Shown: positions 30,801 through 37,209 of the stretch, piece by piece
Position numbering within the stretch: the stretch's first letter is position 1
Layout: each line of letters begins with the position of its first letter
Assembly: GCA_964414985.1 (NCBI GenBank)
Contig: CAYPXA010000002.1
Location: forward strand, 2,710-66,709
Length of the DNA: 64,000 nucleotides
Direction of reading: 5' to 3'
DNA from: an uncultured Methanosarcinales archaeon
GTDB lineage: Archaea; Nanobdellota; Nanobdellia; Woesearchaeales; JAGWAF01
Position numbers and translations under genes: made by a program
Notes under the pieces: generated by a model
What the model saw: the letters and a program-made list of their open reading frames with translations, nothing else
Database searches by the model: none
What the model was told of the DNA's origin: nothing

Positions 30801-32548
30801 TTATCGAAGTCCTTAAGGAGATGGAGCAGCAGCAGGAATTTTCTGAAGAGGAGATTTTCCTTGTGACAGACGCAGTCAACAGCATGTCAAGGGTTGCAAA
30901 CCTGCTTGCAGAAGGCCAAATTTCAGACCAGGATGCAATGGACGAAATGAGCAGGATAAATTCAAACCTAAAGGGAGGCGGCTCAAGGCTTACTGGAAGG
31001 CTTGCAGGAGTGCTTGATGAAGAGGATGATGAATTCGGAGTTTTGGCAATGCTGATGATTGCAGCAATAGTCATCCTGATAGTTGCTATTGCTGTGAGAA
31101 CAAGAAGTGCTGGCAGAAAAAAAGCTTCAGCAGGAGGAAAAGAAAGAAACACTCCAAGAAGGTTTGAGCTTGCTGCATCATGGGTGTCGAGGAAGATTGC
31201 AGGCATCAGGAATAAAAACAGGCAGAAGCAGTTCAGCCATGAAAAGAATGTTCCGCTGACAAGATTCTTTGAAAAGAAGGCATCTTCAGAAAGGCAGAAA
31301 ACCCTTGTTGAAGGGATTGCATCAGAAGCAGCAAGGGTGCAGAACAAAATCAGGCAGAATTCATATGCTCCAAGGCGCGAAAGAAGGTACAGGGCGATAA
31401 TAAGAAAGATGCTTTCAGCTGCTGAAGAAAAGAGAATGGCAAGGATAAACAGGCTGAATGATGCCAAACAGAATGCGGTTGAAAAAGAGCTGAATTTCAG
31501 GAAGGCTGTTCCAGAAGACTTCCTTGCAGTCCCAAGGGATTTGGAAACAGCAAAAAAAGCAAGAATTTTAATATTAATAGCATCATTTAAAAAGAAACTG
31601 CACGAAAACATGATGAGAAGGAATGCAATGAAGAATGTACACTCTGAAAAAGTCAGGGAAAACGGCCGCACAATCACAAAGATGAAGGCTTCTGAGCTGT
31701 TTTCCGCAATAGACAGCTATAAGACCCAGGAAGACACCTGCAAGGGCATGATAAGCAATGCAAAAGACTACAGCATTGCAGACGATTATGAAAAAGGCTC
31801 AAGGTATTCTTCAGTTGAGGAGAGCAGGGCTGTTGTAGGCATAAGGAACACAATCAACGCAATAAGCGAAACTGAAACTGCAAAAAGCATTATGGAAAAG
31901 GCAAGGCAGATTCCAAAGCCAAGCATAAGGATGATAACAAGAAGGCTTCCGAGAATAAGAATGCCTGATGTTAATGCAGGAGCTGCAATTGAGGGAATAA
32001 AAGCTGCAGCTGCAGACAGGGCGCAGAAAGGAATTGAAAATGCAAGAAGCGCAGTGTCAAAGGCAGCTGATGCAGTAAGGAGCTCAAGGCTCCTGAACAA
32101 GGAAGAGGACAGCAGCCTCGGAATTGAGTTTGATGAAAAAGGAATGAAGAAGCATGTTCCAAAGCCTGCAGCAGCAAAGCCCAGGCCAGGAAAGAATTCA
32201 AAAAGAAGATACCAGTCAATAATCTCAAGCATAAAGAGGAACTACCTGCCCAAAAAAGAGAACGGCATGATTGAGCTTTTAAAAGACGCTGCAGAAAAGG
32301 AAAATGTAGAAGAAAGGCTTGATGTCATCGAAGGCAGGAAGGAGCTGCTTGAAAATGACAAGATAAAATACTTTGCATGGAACTGGGGCAGGAAGAAAAG
32401 CATGCCCAGCAGCGTGATAAGAAAAGCATATCCTTCAGAAAAGGATGCAGAGGCATTCCAGAGCACTGATTCAGAGATTGACGCAGTTGCCAACGACAAG
32501 AAGCAGGCAATGCAGAAGCTCAAGGACATTTACACGAAAAGCGAGTGA
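18812..32548 (+). CDS. Giant surface glycoprotein (4,578 aa): signal peptide, jelly-roll/MAM-like domains, FN3/Ig-like arrays, DNRLRE-type domain, single TM, roughly 480-aa charged cytoplasmic tail
   Basis: Signal peptide MKKSFLTGVCLISALMILAFASIAASA. Nine 95-aa tandem repeats. A TWNNRP/FRLDNRNARTQRA block is present. TM helix VLAMLMIAAIVILIVAIAV lies near 31038-31100. NxS/T sequons are very dense. Confidence 0.9.
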   Translation: MKKSFLTGVCLISALMILAFASIAASAQTADESLNELFAAELSFSATETGIEGTLLDEYVSQQAVFTEKTDSSNEESLMNILADGLKEESESRYSASAKASIFSNGFEDSTGEGISGFNSSVWTALYGTDGDEAYIQTAMKHSGTYAARLEEGDEGDVELITASGAINLEGKENCTLSFWMRQESVEGGEYCYIDIYNGTWQNSVLSFTDTENEGSWNEEEISLGVFNPGSNFRLRFRVEYGQDNDYLVVDDIEISCNEGADTTPPGKATKLDSAFVSQEWIYWNWTNPSDADFSHAIVYIDGDWKANTTLNYYNATGLEPFTNCKIDVYTADTSGNVNPSSSTKTKRTAKSEINVSATVSDPDNKVVNTTIIISDENGTVSYNETGDYHELNILQGIYNIQVQPASHPVKSISIKNAELVEENSNIVLLDIPPNLKGTKNYVINPLINFTNATIVSVAEDIYLYKCASWNFTARECPDGWEKLMNLTIGEEYSFTITPGDPAYSENGSVPVINSISDSPDPVNQSKNIVITANVTDEYKVSKVWVKISGTNYTMQKINANVSKLFTDGFERATLGANWTTSGAGAAWTTTQWEGGPYQGSYSAYTENTGGESIVTSSRSTANYENVTFSFYALTTGMDTGEYIAADWYNGTAWVNLLNTQTIAAYTLYSYPLGTASRNNANFQVRFRCSSNANNERCHVDNVNITARKIYPIYRYAYNTSNLIGGLHYYTVYANDTGGNNAAPKTGNFTVKEYIKPSVFGLIPVAGTSYQTNITIQIAANATDFSGISKVIAMIDYPNSTKYNLTLTNAAGAKYNASFTIPMLAGRYNITIFANDTGNNINNTQKTYFTATGNADLNPTSNSPADQQVELGSIASIPWILYDDVSPGYYYVKRNGTLFYGPEAWTNGSILNIKPNTFFLGSWAYTIYYNDSYGNNGTSDTVIITVVDNITANCSDLPFADSGAPLLKSITVNGEMSDWDSVLEDPANVMTDLSTIAGDLDIVGTADRDITLFSYTWNESHLFTLWNRVATGKNIASMLMYIDYGNDGYMNSTDKVLKFTWSGSNRQYDADIYNYIPAGGTPDLMNGSGYDMPGSITNNKSISTGILGGAISGIALETMVKWSDIFLSGPEPLTIQPGSALSTGTNLPSQLEDNINVVQTNYPALLFRPATTSKSAQNGTSAYYLHELVGCGLTHDTFDLANTSTQGWAITYYYPNGTLVSDTNSDGKPDVHLDYNDYTALIAKIDVPGSTLFGTTDTTTITATSEFRPSYYRQVQDITTVGDITITPNQIITCGVNGSNSSFSYTVSNFQGFADTIEISGTSSYGWNVLLYDENMTIYTDTDGDSHIDLGNMSAGSEKTVNVILQIPAAASRGTNDTVTMRINSSVSPSMTATATGKATVSKRVEIYPDYNVSVGVLSGTFFELNVKNCQCKPDTIDITYWARVGWNTTFYQTDKTNLLLDTDFDSVQDVGNLSSCGGTYKMYAKIVAPPNPPSNDTILVYANTSRMPMAYDTSTINLFAQKVTTYSNAARTTPSAVFEVKSTVYAKASGLESINNVYFVWVDPDSVIKRVSPDLPVSSQDEADDALATNISLVLGNWTIIVYDAQNDDELGRNIFLLRDTQKPKITLNEPPLNYKTRNGTIKFNWTATDNYDMNLSCNLTINSMVYASNVSSPNGTKTSYTVSGLADGYYRWNVTCIDDSRNKNTSITRNFTVDHTNPKLYLASPVNYYNTSLTSVNFTWNATDNVDPWLSCNLSIDGKVNVSNIASQNSKLKTQAVSGFIEGLHNWSVVCWDDLNNKNYSQTRYFTVDNTKPNVVLNYPPNQFNTTLSTINFNWTATDNLDPVLKCNLTINGTVYAANRNSPSGVPTNYTVTGIADGTYYWNVTCADDSGNKNTSITRIFTRDTKAPQIQFVYPTTETGNYSQSWIYTNVTAYDKNLKNITTYLYNTTGLVSAQSSTASPLQHNFTSLPEGKYYINATAYDYTGNKNSTETRVIILDRTKPSVVLNYPPNNYNSSSGTINFNWTAYDNMDAILVCNLTINGTVYASNINSPNATPVNYTVSGLSDGHYSWNVTCIDNANNKNTSETRTFTVDSVKPSVALNWPPNSYNTSSTSINFNWTATNGIDPVLDCNLTIDGVVNKSNIASPAGAPTNYTVSGFAQGYHSWNVTCRDDSGNYNTSETRTFLVDYTAPSIALNYPPNYFNTSSSSINFNWTAADNYDALLRCNLTINGTVYASNRNSPSGTPTNYTVSSLVDGTYYWNVTCADDSGNYNTSETRIFTKDTTKPNVVLNAPINNYNTSSAAISFNWTAYDNLDPVLKCNLTINGTVYASNINSPTGIATNYTVTGLADGVYTWNVTCADNLGNYNTSETRIFTKDTTNPTVILNSPAANYYENISTASKLMAFNCSATDNIALKNISLYLTNSSNQSFMFNSTSALSGTSDSAQWQISLKPGNYTWNCIAYDRLGNYDWGVNRTIRIRYVPMVNPYVDLLAPANNSYDSNGQVTFKYNVTNTYPISNCTLYLNGTAYMTDFSVTRNISESLQITNLGEGVWNWVISCTNNMGSTGNSSSGVIIVQFPYNWTNATLIINETIMNADGQPISAVIELIDSRSGEIDTNTTSGTLQNITSGTYDIVIKPSILNITSIILANVSVTANITDIIDIDNFTTSEYSFANTFAISPLIDDYDFINITRQAETGDIFICDEWNFTNQSCTGEWLKTGNYNPGDNYSIAYYGNGSFAFVESNYTINLLNQNNFLIRNSQTETSQAGSIVDVLLVPVDSSVFRNITVTAHNTLSVSNDLKIDIIPNRTGFVQSYLIDPAALNFINATLYKNASNRSVSVWKCLNYSYEEEACMEDLIFVSSIASNSDYMIFFNATDPVFIEQPGPLDGKDSYINEQAPTTNYGNADEFRLDNRNARTQRAIIEWNLSGIPSGVQITSAVMGMYLHTQTGGAMSTQAVRVNQTWAEATVTWNNRPTFDATAYDTVSVSTIGWNYWNITSLAASWYNGTFANQGLYIKPATEQAGTTNLLKRFYSSDYITDITLRPKLNITWMDITPPNVTLNYPPANFVNTTSGQNINFNCSATDNVNLTNISLYITNSQNLSFSLNQTSSITGTANESTWTVYLGAGNYTWNCKAYDTQGLYDWGINRTIKLTPMMDNTPPSVIITSPLNDTLFNQSSNISIKANVTDDYGVSTVFANVTWDSAYETITLSYNGTSGLWEGVFTNTTFIGFYNITIWANDTSSNINNTEYVSVRVGKYKIKGYITNSNYSNVPSAVYLYNLSGALLAQDNEVYEFFMDQGKMYNLRVVPSAGSLKELYFFNATVSADVINFTRLEDTNNSIASRPYYDFNWTELVSWLPHPNLEFSYVRLNMTYGAGSNLSLFKCAAWDFDSQNCTNPQNWTVISQIADGPSYILYNFTKGDPAVGAGPGDQIPTTTLNYPPDNYVNSTASPANVTFNCSASDTTGTNKGIVNISLYITNSNNASFSLNQTYYSPTNGTTLTGIFSLLLGTGNYTWNCIAYDLGGNYDWADQNRTLKVNYTSMDNTAPSVILVSPTPGQNFNQTNYVLIAVNATDDYAVDTVLANVTWDSTYQQIALVYNSGTGLYEANFTNTTYVVSIPERYNISIFANDTSGNVNNSITGYFYVNDITPPYISIIQPANNSNYALNQNVSISVNVTDYYYDNVNAVYANITWSGGTQTISLTETGNTQIFTGTFTNTTAFGIYNITVFANDTSSNSNTKKGYFNVIQATVIISGITCSLTESPQVVESGEKILFQGDFSYSDGKPAAQANVSQANITIYRVNSTNTTIVHTSTMAFLQSGIWYYNWDAGAYENANYMAVANVKTNAVPPGYASCSALFTISGRGVFKVLGISPDLTNVNQTVKLGVEVTFNGEDVDSSKITNPELWVAKVNGSTQHYNSSTGLSVADGLIYLDGQFNETGVYYLNWSFTYYNRTKTAKEIVVAKDWDEKLSNLSMNSEVYQLVLENKQRLIEVLKEMEQQQEFSEEEIFLVTDAVNSMSRVANLLAEGQISDQDAMDEMSRINSNLKGGGSRLTGRLAGVLDEEDDEFGVLAMLMIAAIVILIVAIAVRTRSAGRKKASAGGKERNTPRRFELAASWVSRKIAGIRNKNRQKQFSHEKNVPLTRFFEKKASSERQKTLVEGIASEAARVQNKIRQNSYAPRRERRYRAIIRKMLSAAEEKRMARINRLNDAKQNAVEKELNFRKAVPEDFLAVPRDLETAKKARILILIASFKKKLHENMMRRNAMKNVHSEKVRENGRTITKMKASELFSAIDSYKTQEDTCKGMISNAKDYSIADDYEKGSRYSSVEESRAVVGIRNTINAISETETAKSIMEKARQIPKPSIRMITRRLPRIRMPDVNAGAAIEGIKAAAADRAQKGIENARSAVSKAADAVRSSRLLNKEEDSSLGIEFDEKGMKKHVPKPAAAKPRPGKNSKRRYQSIISSIKRNYLPKKENGMIELLKDAAEKENVEERLDVIEGRKELLENDKIKYFAWNWGRKKSMPSSVIRKAYPSEKDAEAFQSTDSEIDAVANDKKQAMQKLKDIYTKSE
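23669..26262 (+). repeat. Nine tandem Ig-like coding repeats, period 285 nt (one interval is 282)
   Basis: The D-x-T-K/N-P repeat starts were read at 23672, 23957, 24242, 24527, 24809, 25094, 25379, 25664 and 25949. Confidence 0.9.
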
Positions 32549-32641
32549 ACCGCAATAGTTAAGTTTATATACCAAAAAAGAACAATGCACAGGATACAAT
32601 AATATTTCGCATATTGCTATTATTAAAAAAAAGGTGAGCAA

Positions 32642-34855
32642 ATGAAAAATATCAGCAGTCTACCAAAGATTTTAACATTCTTTATTCTGGCATTTATTTC
32701 AGCGGCATCAGCATTTGCAGCAGGCGAAATAGTGCAGACAGCTGACCCTATTAATTATTGGGATGCAGCAAACCATACTGTTTATGTAACAAACAACGGC
32801 AACCAGTCAGTAAACGTGACTATTGCAATTCCTTCAGGATTCACATGGGTTTCAGGAGGCAATCCATGCACCCAGTCAGGCTCAAACATACAGTGCATAC
32901 TTGCTGCATCAGCCACAGGAACATACATTGTCCAGTCTCCAGGAACTTCAGCTGCAGAATACCAGACAAACAAGTTCATAATCACAACAAACAATTCATA
33001 CACTGGAAACAATGTCTCAATGCTTAGGATACAATGCTCAGAGATATTCCACACATTGGTTGAATTCGGAAGGGGCAGGGGCAATTATTTCTACAACAGC
33101 AATTCAGGAGCTGCAGGCTCAGGCCAGACAGAAACAGGATGCGCCTACCTTCCAAGCAGCTCGTTTGTCGAGCTTAATTTCCTCCATAAAACATACAATA
33201 TCAAGCAGTACTTCAATGTTGTTGCAAACGCATACAACGCATCTTACACATGCACTTACCCAAATGACACTATAGTCAGGCAGCACCTTGACACAAGCAT
33301 TTTAAGGAGCAGCGTCTGGACAGTTGATTTTGCAATCGACGAAATCGGCGGCTCCTGGGAAAGGTTTGGCTACATCGGAATGCAGTTTGATTCAGGAGAC
33401 TATGCAGTAGGCCAGAACATCACAATAAACTGCACAGACATACAATATTATCTTCCTGCTGCAGGCGGCAACATAAGCTGCGGAGAAGACTCATTCACCC
33501 TTGAGTTTAGGGACAGGGAGCCATTCAATGCAACAGCAACAGCATCATCAACTATATATAACGGAACCCAGGAAGTCCTTATTACTTATACAATTACAAA
33601 TATTGAGCAGTACACAGCAAGCGATGTAATGATACAGATAGAGGCTCCTCAATACGCCCAGTTCATAGGCACAAGGGCAGAGCTTTGGGGAACAGCCCAG
33701 GACGTTTATGTGCTTGAAGCAAGCGACTTCCTGCCAGGCGAATCAACATCAGTTACGCTTGTTGCAAGGTTCAACACAAGCACTGCTCCTGCAATGACTT
33801 CGCTTAACCTTACTGAAGGAATAAGCATACAATATGTTACATGCTGGGAGTACAATGCATACAATCCTGCAGAATACATACAGGACCTTTACGCTGTTGG
33901 AACAGGCACAGTGAACATGGCCCAAAGCTCGCAGATAACCAATTTTATTGATGTCCTCAACCAGATATACAACCTGACTGTAGTCATCAACAGGACAACA
34001 ACGCAGATAAACTCAACAGTAAACCAGATTTACAATTTGAGCCTGATAATCAACAACACAGTGTACAGGATAAATGCAACTGTAACACAGATAAACAATA
34101 CAGTAACTTCAATTTATGCAGACACCCAGCAGATTCTTGACCTGCTGAACTGCAACGGCACTGTCGACACTCCAATCTGCAATTATGTTGCAAACATCAA
34201 TGCAACAGTAACACAGATATGGAATTTGACAAATGTGATTAATGCAACAACAGCAAACATTTGGAACAATGTGGTTTACATAAACAACACTGTTAATGCG
34301 ATTTCAGGCAATGTCTCAATTATCCTGAACAACACCTACACGCTGATGGATTTGATAAACTGCACAAACATAACAGCGCAGTGGCAGAACTCAACATGCA
34401 ACAGGCTTAACAGGATAGAGAATTATTCAGTGCAGATACTCAACAATATTACCTACATATGGGGCAACTACACTGCAGCAGACATACTGAATGCAATAGG
34501 CAATATCAGCGTTAACATAAGCTCAAGCCAGATTACAGAGATACTTACAGAAATCCAGAGGCTAAGGCAGTTTGATGAGGAGCTTGTATTCCTTGTAACA
34601 GACGCGTTTAACATGCAGCAGAGGGCTACAGACGCAGCTTCAAGAGGCGATATGAGCACTGCAATGCAGGAGCTCAATAATGCAAACAGCAACCTCAAGG
34701 CAGCTGCAGACAGGATTGAGACTCTCAAGCAGCAGGAAACAGAAACCGGAAAGTGGTGGATGTGGCTGCTTGTCGGAACACTTGTTGCAGTCCTTTCAAT
34801 CTACCTTTTCCAGAGGGTTCCTGAAGACAGCGAAGAGCCCAGGATTAAGCAGTAA
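32642..34855 (+). CDS. Anchored surface protein (737 aa): signal peptide, globular N-domain, sequon-rich coiled-coil stalk, C-terminal TM
   Basis: Signal ...ISAASAFAAGE. Repeats of the NxTVTQIxN type. Pre-anchor motif ELVFLVTDAFN, then the hydrophobic WWMWLLVGTLVAVLSIYLF. Confidence 0.8.
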   Translation: MKNISSLPKILTFFILAFISAASAFAAGEIVQTADPINYWDAANHTVYVTNNGNQSVNVTIAIPSGFTWVSGGNPCTQSGSNIQCILAASATGTYIVQSPGTSAAEYQTNKFIITTNNSYTGNNVSMLRIQCSEIFHTLVEFGRGRGNYFYNSNSGAAGSGQTETGCAYLPSSSFVELNFLHKTYNIKQYFNVVANAYNASYTCTYPNDTIVRQHLDTSILRSSVWTVDFAIDEIGGSWERFGYIGMQFDSGDYAVGQNITINCTDIQYYLPAAGGNISCGEDSFTLEFRDREPFNATATASSTIYNGTQEVLITYTITNIEQYTASDVMIQIEAPQYAQFIGTRAELWGTAQDVYVLEASDFLPGESTSVTLVARFNTSTAPAMTSLNLTEGISIQYVTCWEYNAYNPAEYIQDLYAVGTGTVNMAQSSQITNFIDVLNQIYNLTVVINRTTTQINSTVNQIYNLSLIINNTVYRINATVTQINNTVTSIYADTQQILDLLNCNGTVDTPICNYVANINATVTQIWNLTNVINATTANIWNNVVYINNTVNAISGNVSIILNNTYTLMDLINCTNITAQWQNSTCNRLNRIENYSVQILNNITYIWGNYTAADILNAIGNISVNISSSQITEILTEIQRLRQFDEELVFLVTDAFNMQQRATDAASRGDMSTAMQELNNANSNLKAAADRIETLKQQETETGKWWMWLLVGTLVAVLSIYLFQRVPEDSEEPRIKQ

Positions 34856-34952
34856 GCTGGCTTAATATTTTTATTTTTTAGAGTGTTCTTTATTTTAATG
34901 AATTTTTTTAATTTAACTTTGTTTCTGCTTTTTTGAATTTCTGCTAAGTTTA

Positions 34953-35049
34953 AGCATTGCCGCGCTCCGTGCAGATGATTGAACTTCTTCTTCAAAGGAG
35001 TCACGTGCTAAACAATCTCAAACAAGAATTACTGCGCTGGGCGGCAATG
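34953..35049 (-). mobile_element. MITE-like repeat copy D (module 1, inverted orientation)
   Basis: Its reverse complement aligns with copy C end to end (GCATTGCCGCCCAGCG...GTGACTCCTTTGAAGAAG...GAGCGCGGCAATGC). Confidence 0.75.
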
Positions 35050-35115
35050 CATTCACTTGCGCTTCAGTTAAGGTGTTTGGATGCTGTTAAGCCTAAACAG
35101 AAACCTTTAAATAGG

Positions 35116-35166
35116 ACTACATACTAAGTAATCATAAATAGGATATATACATATTAAGTATGTAGT
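35116..35166. promoter_or_regulatory. 10-bp inverted repeat (ACTACATACT/AGTATGTAGT) flanking a TATA-like box, plus the direct repeat CATAYTAAGTA 30 nt apart
   Basis: Read directly: arms at 35116-35125 and 35157-35166, GGATATATAC at 35141-35150, direct repeats at 35120-35130 and 35150-35160. Confidence 0.5.
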
Positions 35167-35192
35167 TGTTCGACGAGAGCTGGAGAGGCATC

Positions 35193-35342
35193 TTGAAAGA
35201 GAGGATTACAGTAACAATCGACAAGGACCTTCTGAAATGGGTAGACGAAGGAGTCAAGGAAAAGGTTTTTGCCAATAGGAGCCACGCTCTTGAGTTCTTA
35301 ATCAAGAAAAAGATGAGGGAGGATGAAGCCAATGAAAAGTAA
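35193..35342 (+). CDS. Ribbon-helix-helix (CopG/NikR-N-like) small DNA-binding protein, about 49 aa (TTG start proposed)
   Basis: The translation KERITVTIDKDLLKWVDEGVKEKVFANRSHALEFLIKKK fits RHH. GGAGAGG lies 4 nt upstream of the TTG. It overlaps the start of the next gene. The start codon is uncertain (an in-frame TTG at 35166 is also possible). Confidence 0.5.
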   Translation: MKERITVTIDKDLLKWVDEGVKEKVFANRSHALEFLIKKKMREDEANEK

Positions 35343-37209
35343 GCCTCTCCTCTGGATGATTGCTGCATTTGCAATGCTAATCCTGACTGCATTCACAGCT
35401 TCTGCGCTCGAATACTACTTTTCCTACAGGATGAACTTTGAGCCAGGCGCACAGGAATACCACCTGCAAAAAATCAGGTTTTCAGGAAACTTTACAATGA
35501 CTTTGCCGAGCAGTTTTACTTTCACAAACAGCACAATGTCCTACAGCCAGAGCGGAAGCAACTACACCTGGAGCTCATCAAACTCGACAGAAATGCATTA
35601 CACAATAAGGTCTCCGTCAAGCTGCACAGAAGGAGACTTATACAAATCGCAATTGTACGAGAGCGGAAACAAAGTGGATGAGTTTGTCTATGTCTGCATT
35701 GATGACTCCAAAATAGTAGACTACAAGGTTGAGTACGGCCACGGATGCGGAAACTACCTTGCAGAAGACGAGCCTTACATCTCAAATGAGCCTGCTGCGC
35801 TCTTCAACCTTGTAAGGGTCTGGAACATCGGAAGCTACCTTGACCCTGATGAAGACGCCCTTAATGCAGAAATCAGCTGCTTTTACGAGGATTACCCTGT
35901 GAGGACTTACGGCAGGGTTGAAGTAGGCTATCCTCCAAACGGAGTTAACGGCACATTCCTGTGGGACATAATCTACGGCGGATACTGGTTCAGGATAGGA
36001 GTTCTTAGCCAGGAAGTGTCAGGAAAAAGCATAGGCAGCACCTACAGCGTGAACTGCACAGAGCTAACCTACAACTTCAGCCACCAGAGGGTTGTTGCAT
36101 CTTTCCCCAACTACAGCCTTGAAGCAAGGTCAGTATCGCCATTAACCAAGAACACCACAACAATCGGAGGAAAGGACAGGGTTGTGATAACAAACAATGA
36201 AAAATATCCAGTGTACAGCCTTACACTCAACTTTGTTGCAGACGGATACATAGAATCCAATTTTGTAGGCATATTGGGGCCTGGAGAATCAGCAATTTTC
36301 TTTGCAGACCCAGGCACAAACACAACTGCAACATTCATACCCAGCTGGCAGAGAAACTGCTTCAGCCCTGTCTATTACATGCAGACTCTTTCCAACACAA
36401 GCAGTGCAGTAAACCAGGCGCCTTCATACACCAATATTCCAAGCCAGGCATGGGCTGAAAACACATCAAACAATAATGCATTTGACCTTGACAATTATTT
36501 TTCAGACGCTGAAAACAATACGCTCACATTCGGCTACACAGGAAACGTGAACATCACAGTGTCAATAAACAGCACAACGCACGAAGTGAGCTTTTCGCAG
36601 CCTGCAGGCTGGACTGGAATTGAATATGTCAAATTCTATGCGAATGACGGCAACAGCACAACCTACAGCAACAATGTAACTTTAGTTGTGTTTCCTGCAA
36701 CTGTAGTGCAGAACGCTTCAGGAACAACAACAGTCATAGAATACAAGTCCAAGAAAAAGACTGTTTATGTCTATGTCAACCAGACTCAGAATGTAAGCGT
36801 TTCAGAGCCATTATGCAAAGAGCTTTGGCTCTGCTCTGAATGGTCTGAATGCATGCCTGATGAATCAGGAAGCAAAGTTCTTTTCAGGACACGAAGCTGC
36901 GAGGAAGTGAACAACTGCCTAATTTCAATGTTCAGCCCTCCTGAAAGCGAGCCCTGCGAAGTTGAGTGCGAGTCATGCGGGCCAGGCATAGAGATTCCAG
37001 GAGTGATAGATGGACAGCCTGAACTCCAAAAGTGCAGGCTCTGCACAATAATCCCAGCATCGCTGCTGATACTGCTCATAATCCTGCTTATTTTGATTTT
37101 AACAGACAGGCAGAATGAAAAAGAGTCAGCTTACCGCGAAGATTACCGGAAGCTGCATGAAAATTGCAAAAATGAGGTGGAAAAATGGAAAAGAAAGGAA
37201 AATCTATAG
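35332..37209 (+). CDS. Anchored surface protein, paralog of 32642-34855 in the N-domain; Cys-rich TSP1-like stalk and C-terminal TM
   Basis: Signal MKSKPLLWMIAAFAMLILTAFTASA (the track start 35323 is 3 codons upstream). Shared blocks with the paralog: QSGSN, VE[FY]G[RH]GxGNY, NAxxxCxYxxxxVR. TM helix IIPASLLILLIILLILILT. Confidence 0.8.
   Translation: MKSKPLLWMIAAFAMLILTAFTASALEYYFSYRMNFEPGAQEYHLQKIRFSGNFTMTLPSSFTFTNSTMSYSQSGSNYTWSSSNSTEMHYTIRSPSSCTEGDLYKSQLYESGNKVDEFVYVCIDDSKIVDYKVEYGHGCGNYLAEDEPYISNEPAALFNLVRVWNIGSYLDPDEDALNAEISCFYEDYPVRTYGRVEVGYPPNGVNGTFLWDIIYGGYWFRIGVLSQEVSGKSIGSTYSVNCTELTYNFSHQRVVASFPNYSLEARSVSPLTKNTTTIGGKDRVVITNNEKYPVYSLTLNFVADGYIESNFVGILGPGESAIFFADPGTNTTATFIPSWQRNCFSPVYYMQTLSNTSSAVNQAPSYTNIPSQAWAENTSNNNAFDLDNYFSDAENNTLTFGYTGNVNITVSINSTTHEVSFSQPAGWTGIEYVKFYANDGNSTTYSNNVTLVVFPATVVQNASGTTTVIEYKSKKKTVYVYVNQTQNVSVSEPLCKELWLCSEWSECMPDESGSKVLFRTRSCEEVNNCLISMFSPPESEPCEVECESCGPGIEIPGVIDGQPELQKCRLCTIIPASLLILLIILLILILTDRQNEKESAYREDYRKLHENCKNEVEKWKRKENL

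Noticed and set aside
30682-32232. Long minus-strand ORFs (331 aa and 148 aa)
   Set aside because: They are antisense to the charged tail of giant protein 2. Such stop-free antisense frames are expected from the biased codon composition (GAA/AAG/GCA-rich).
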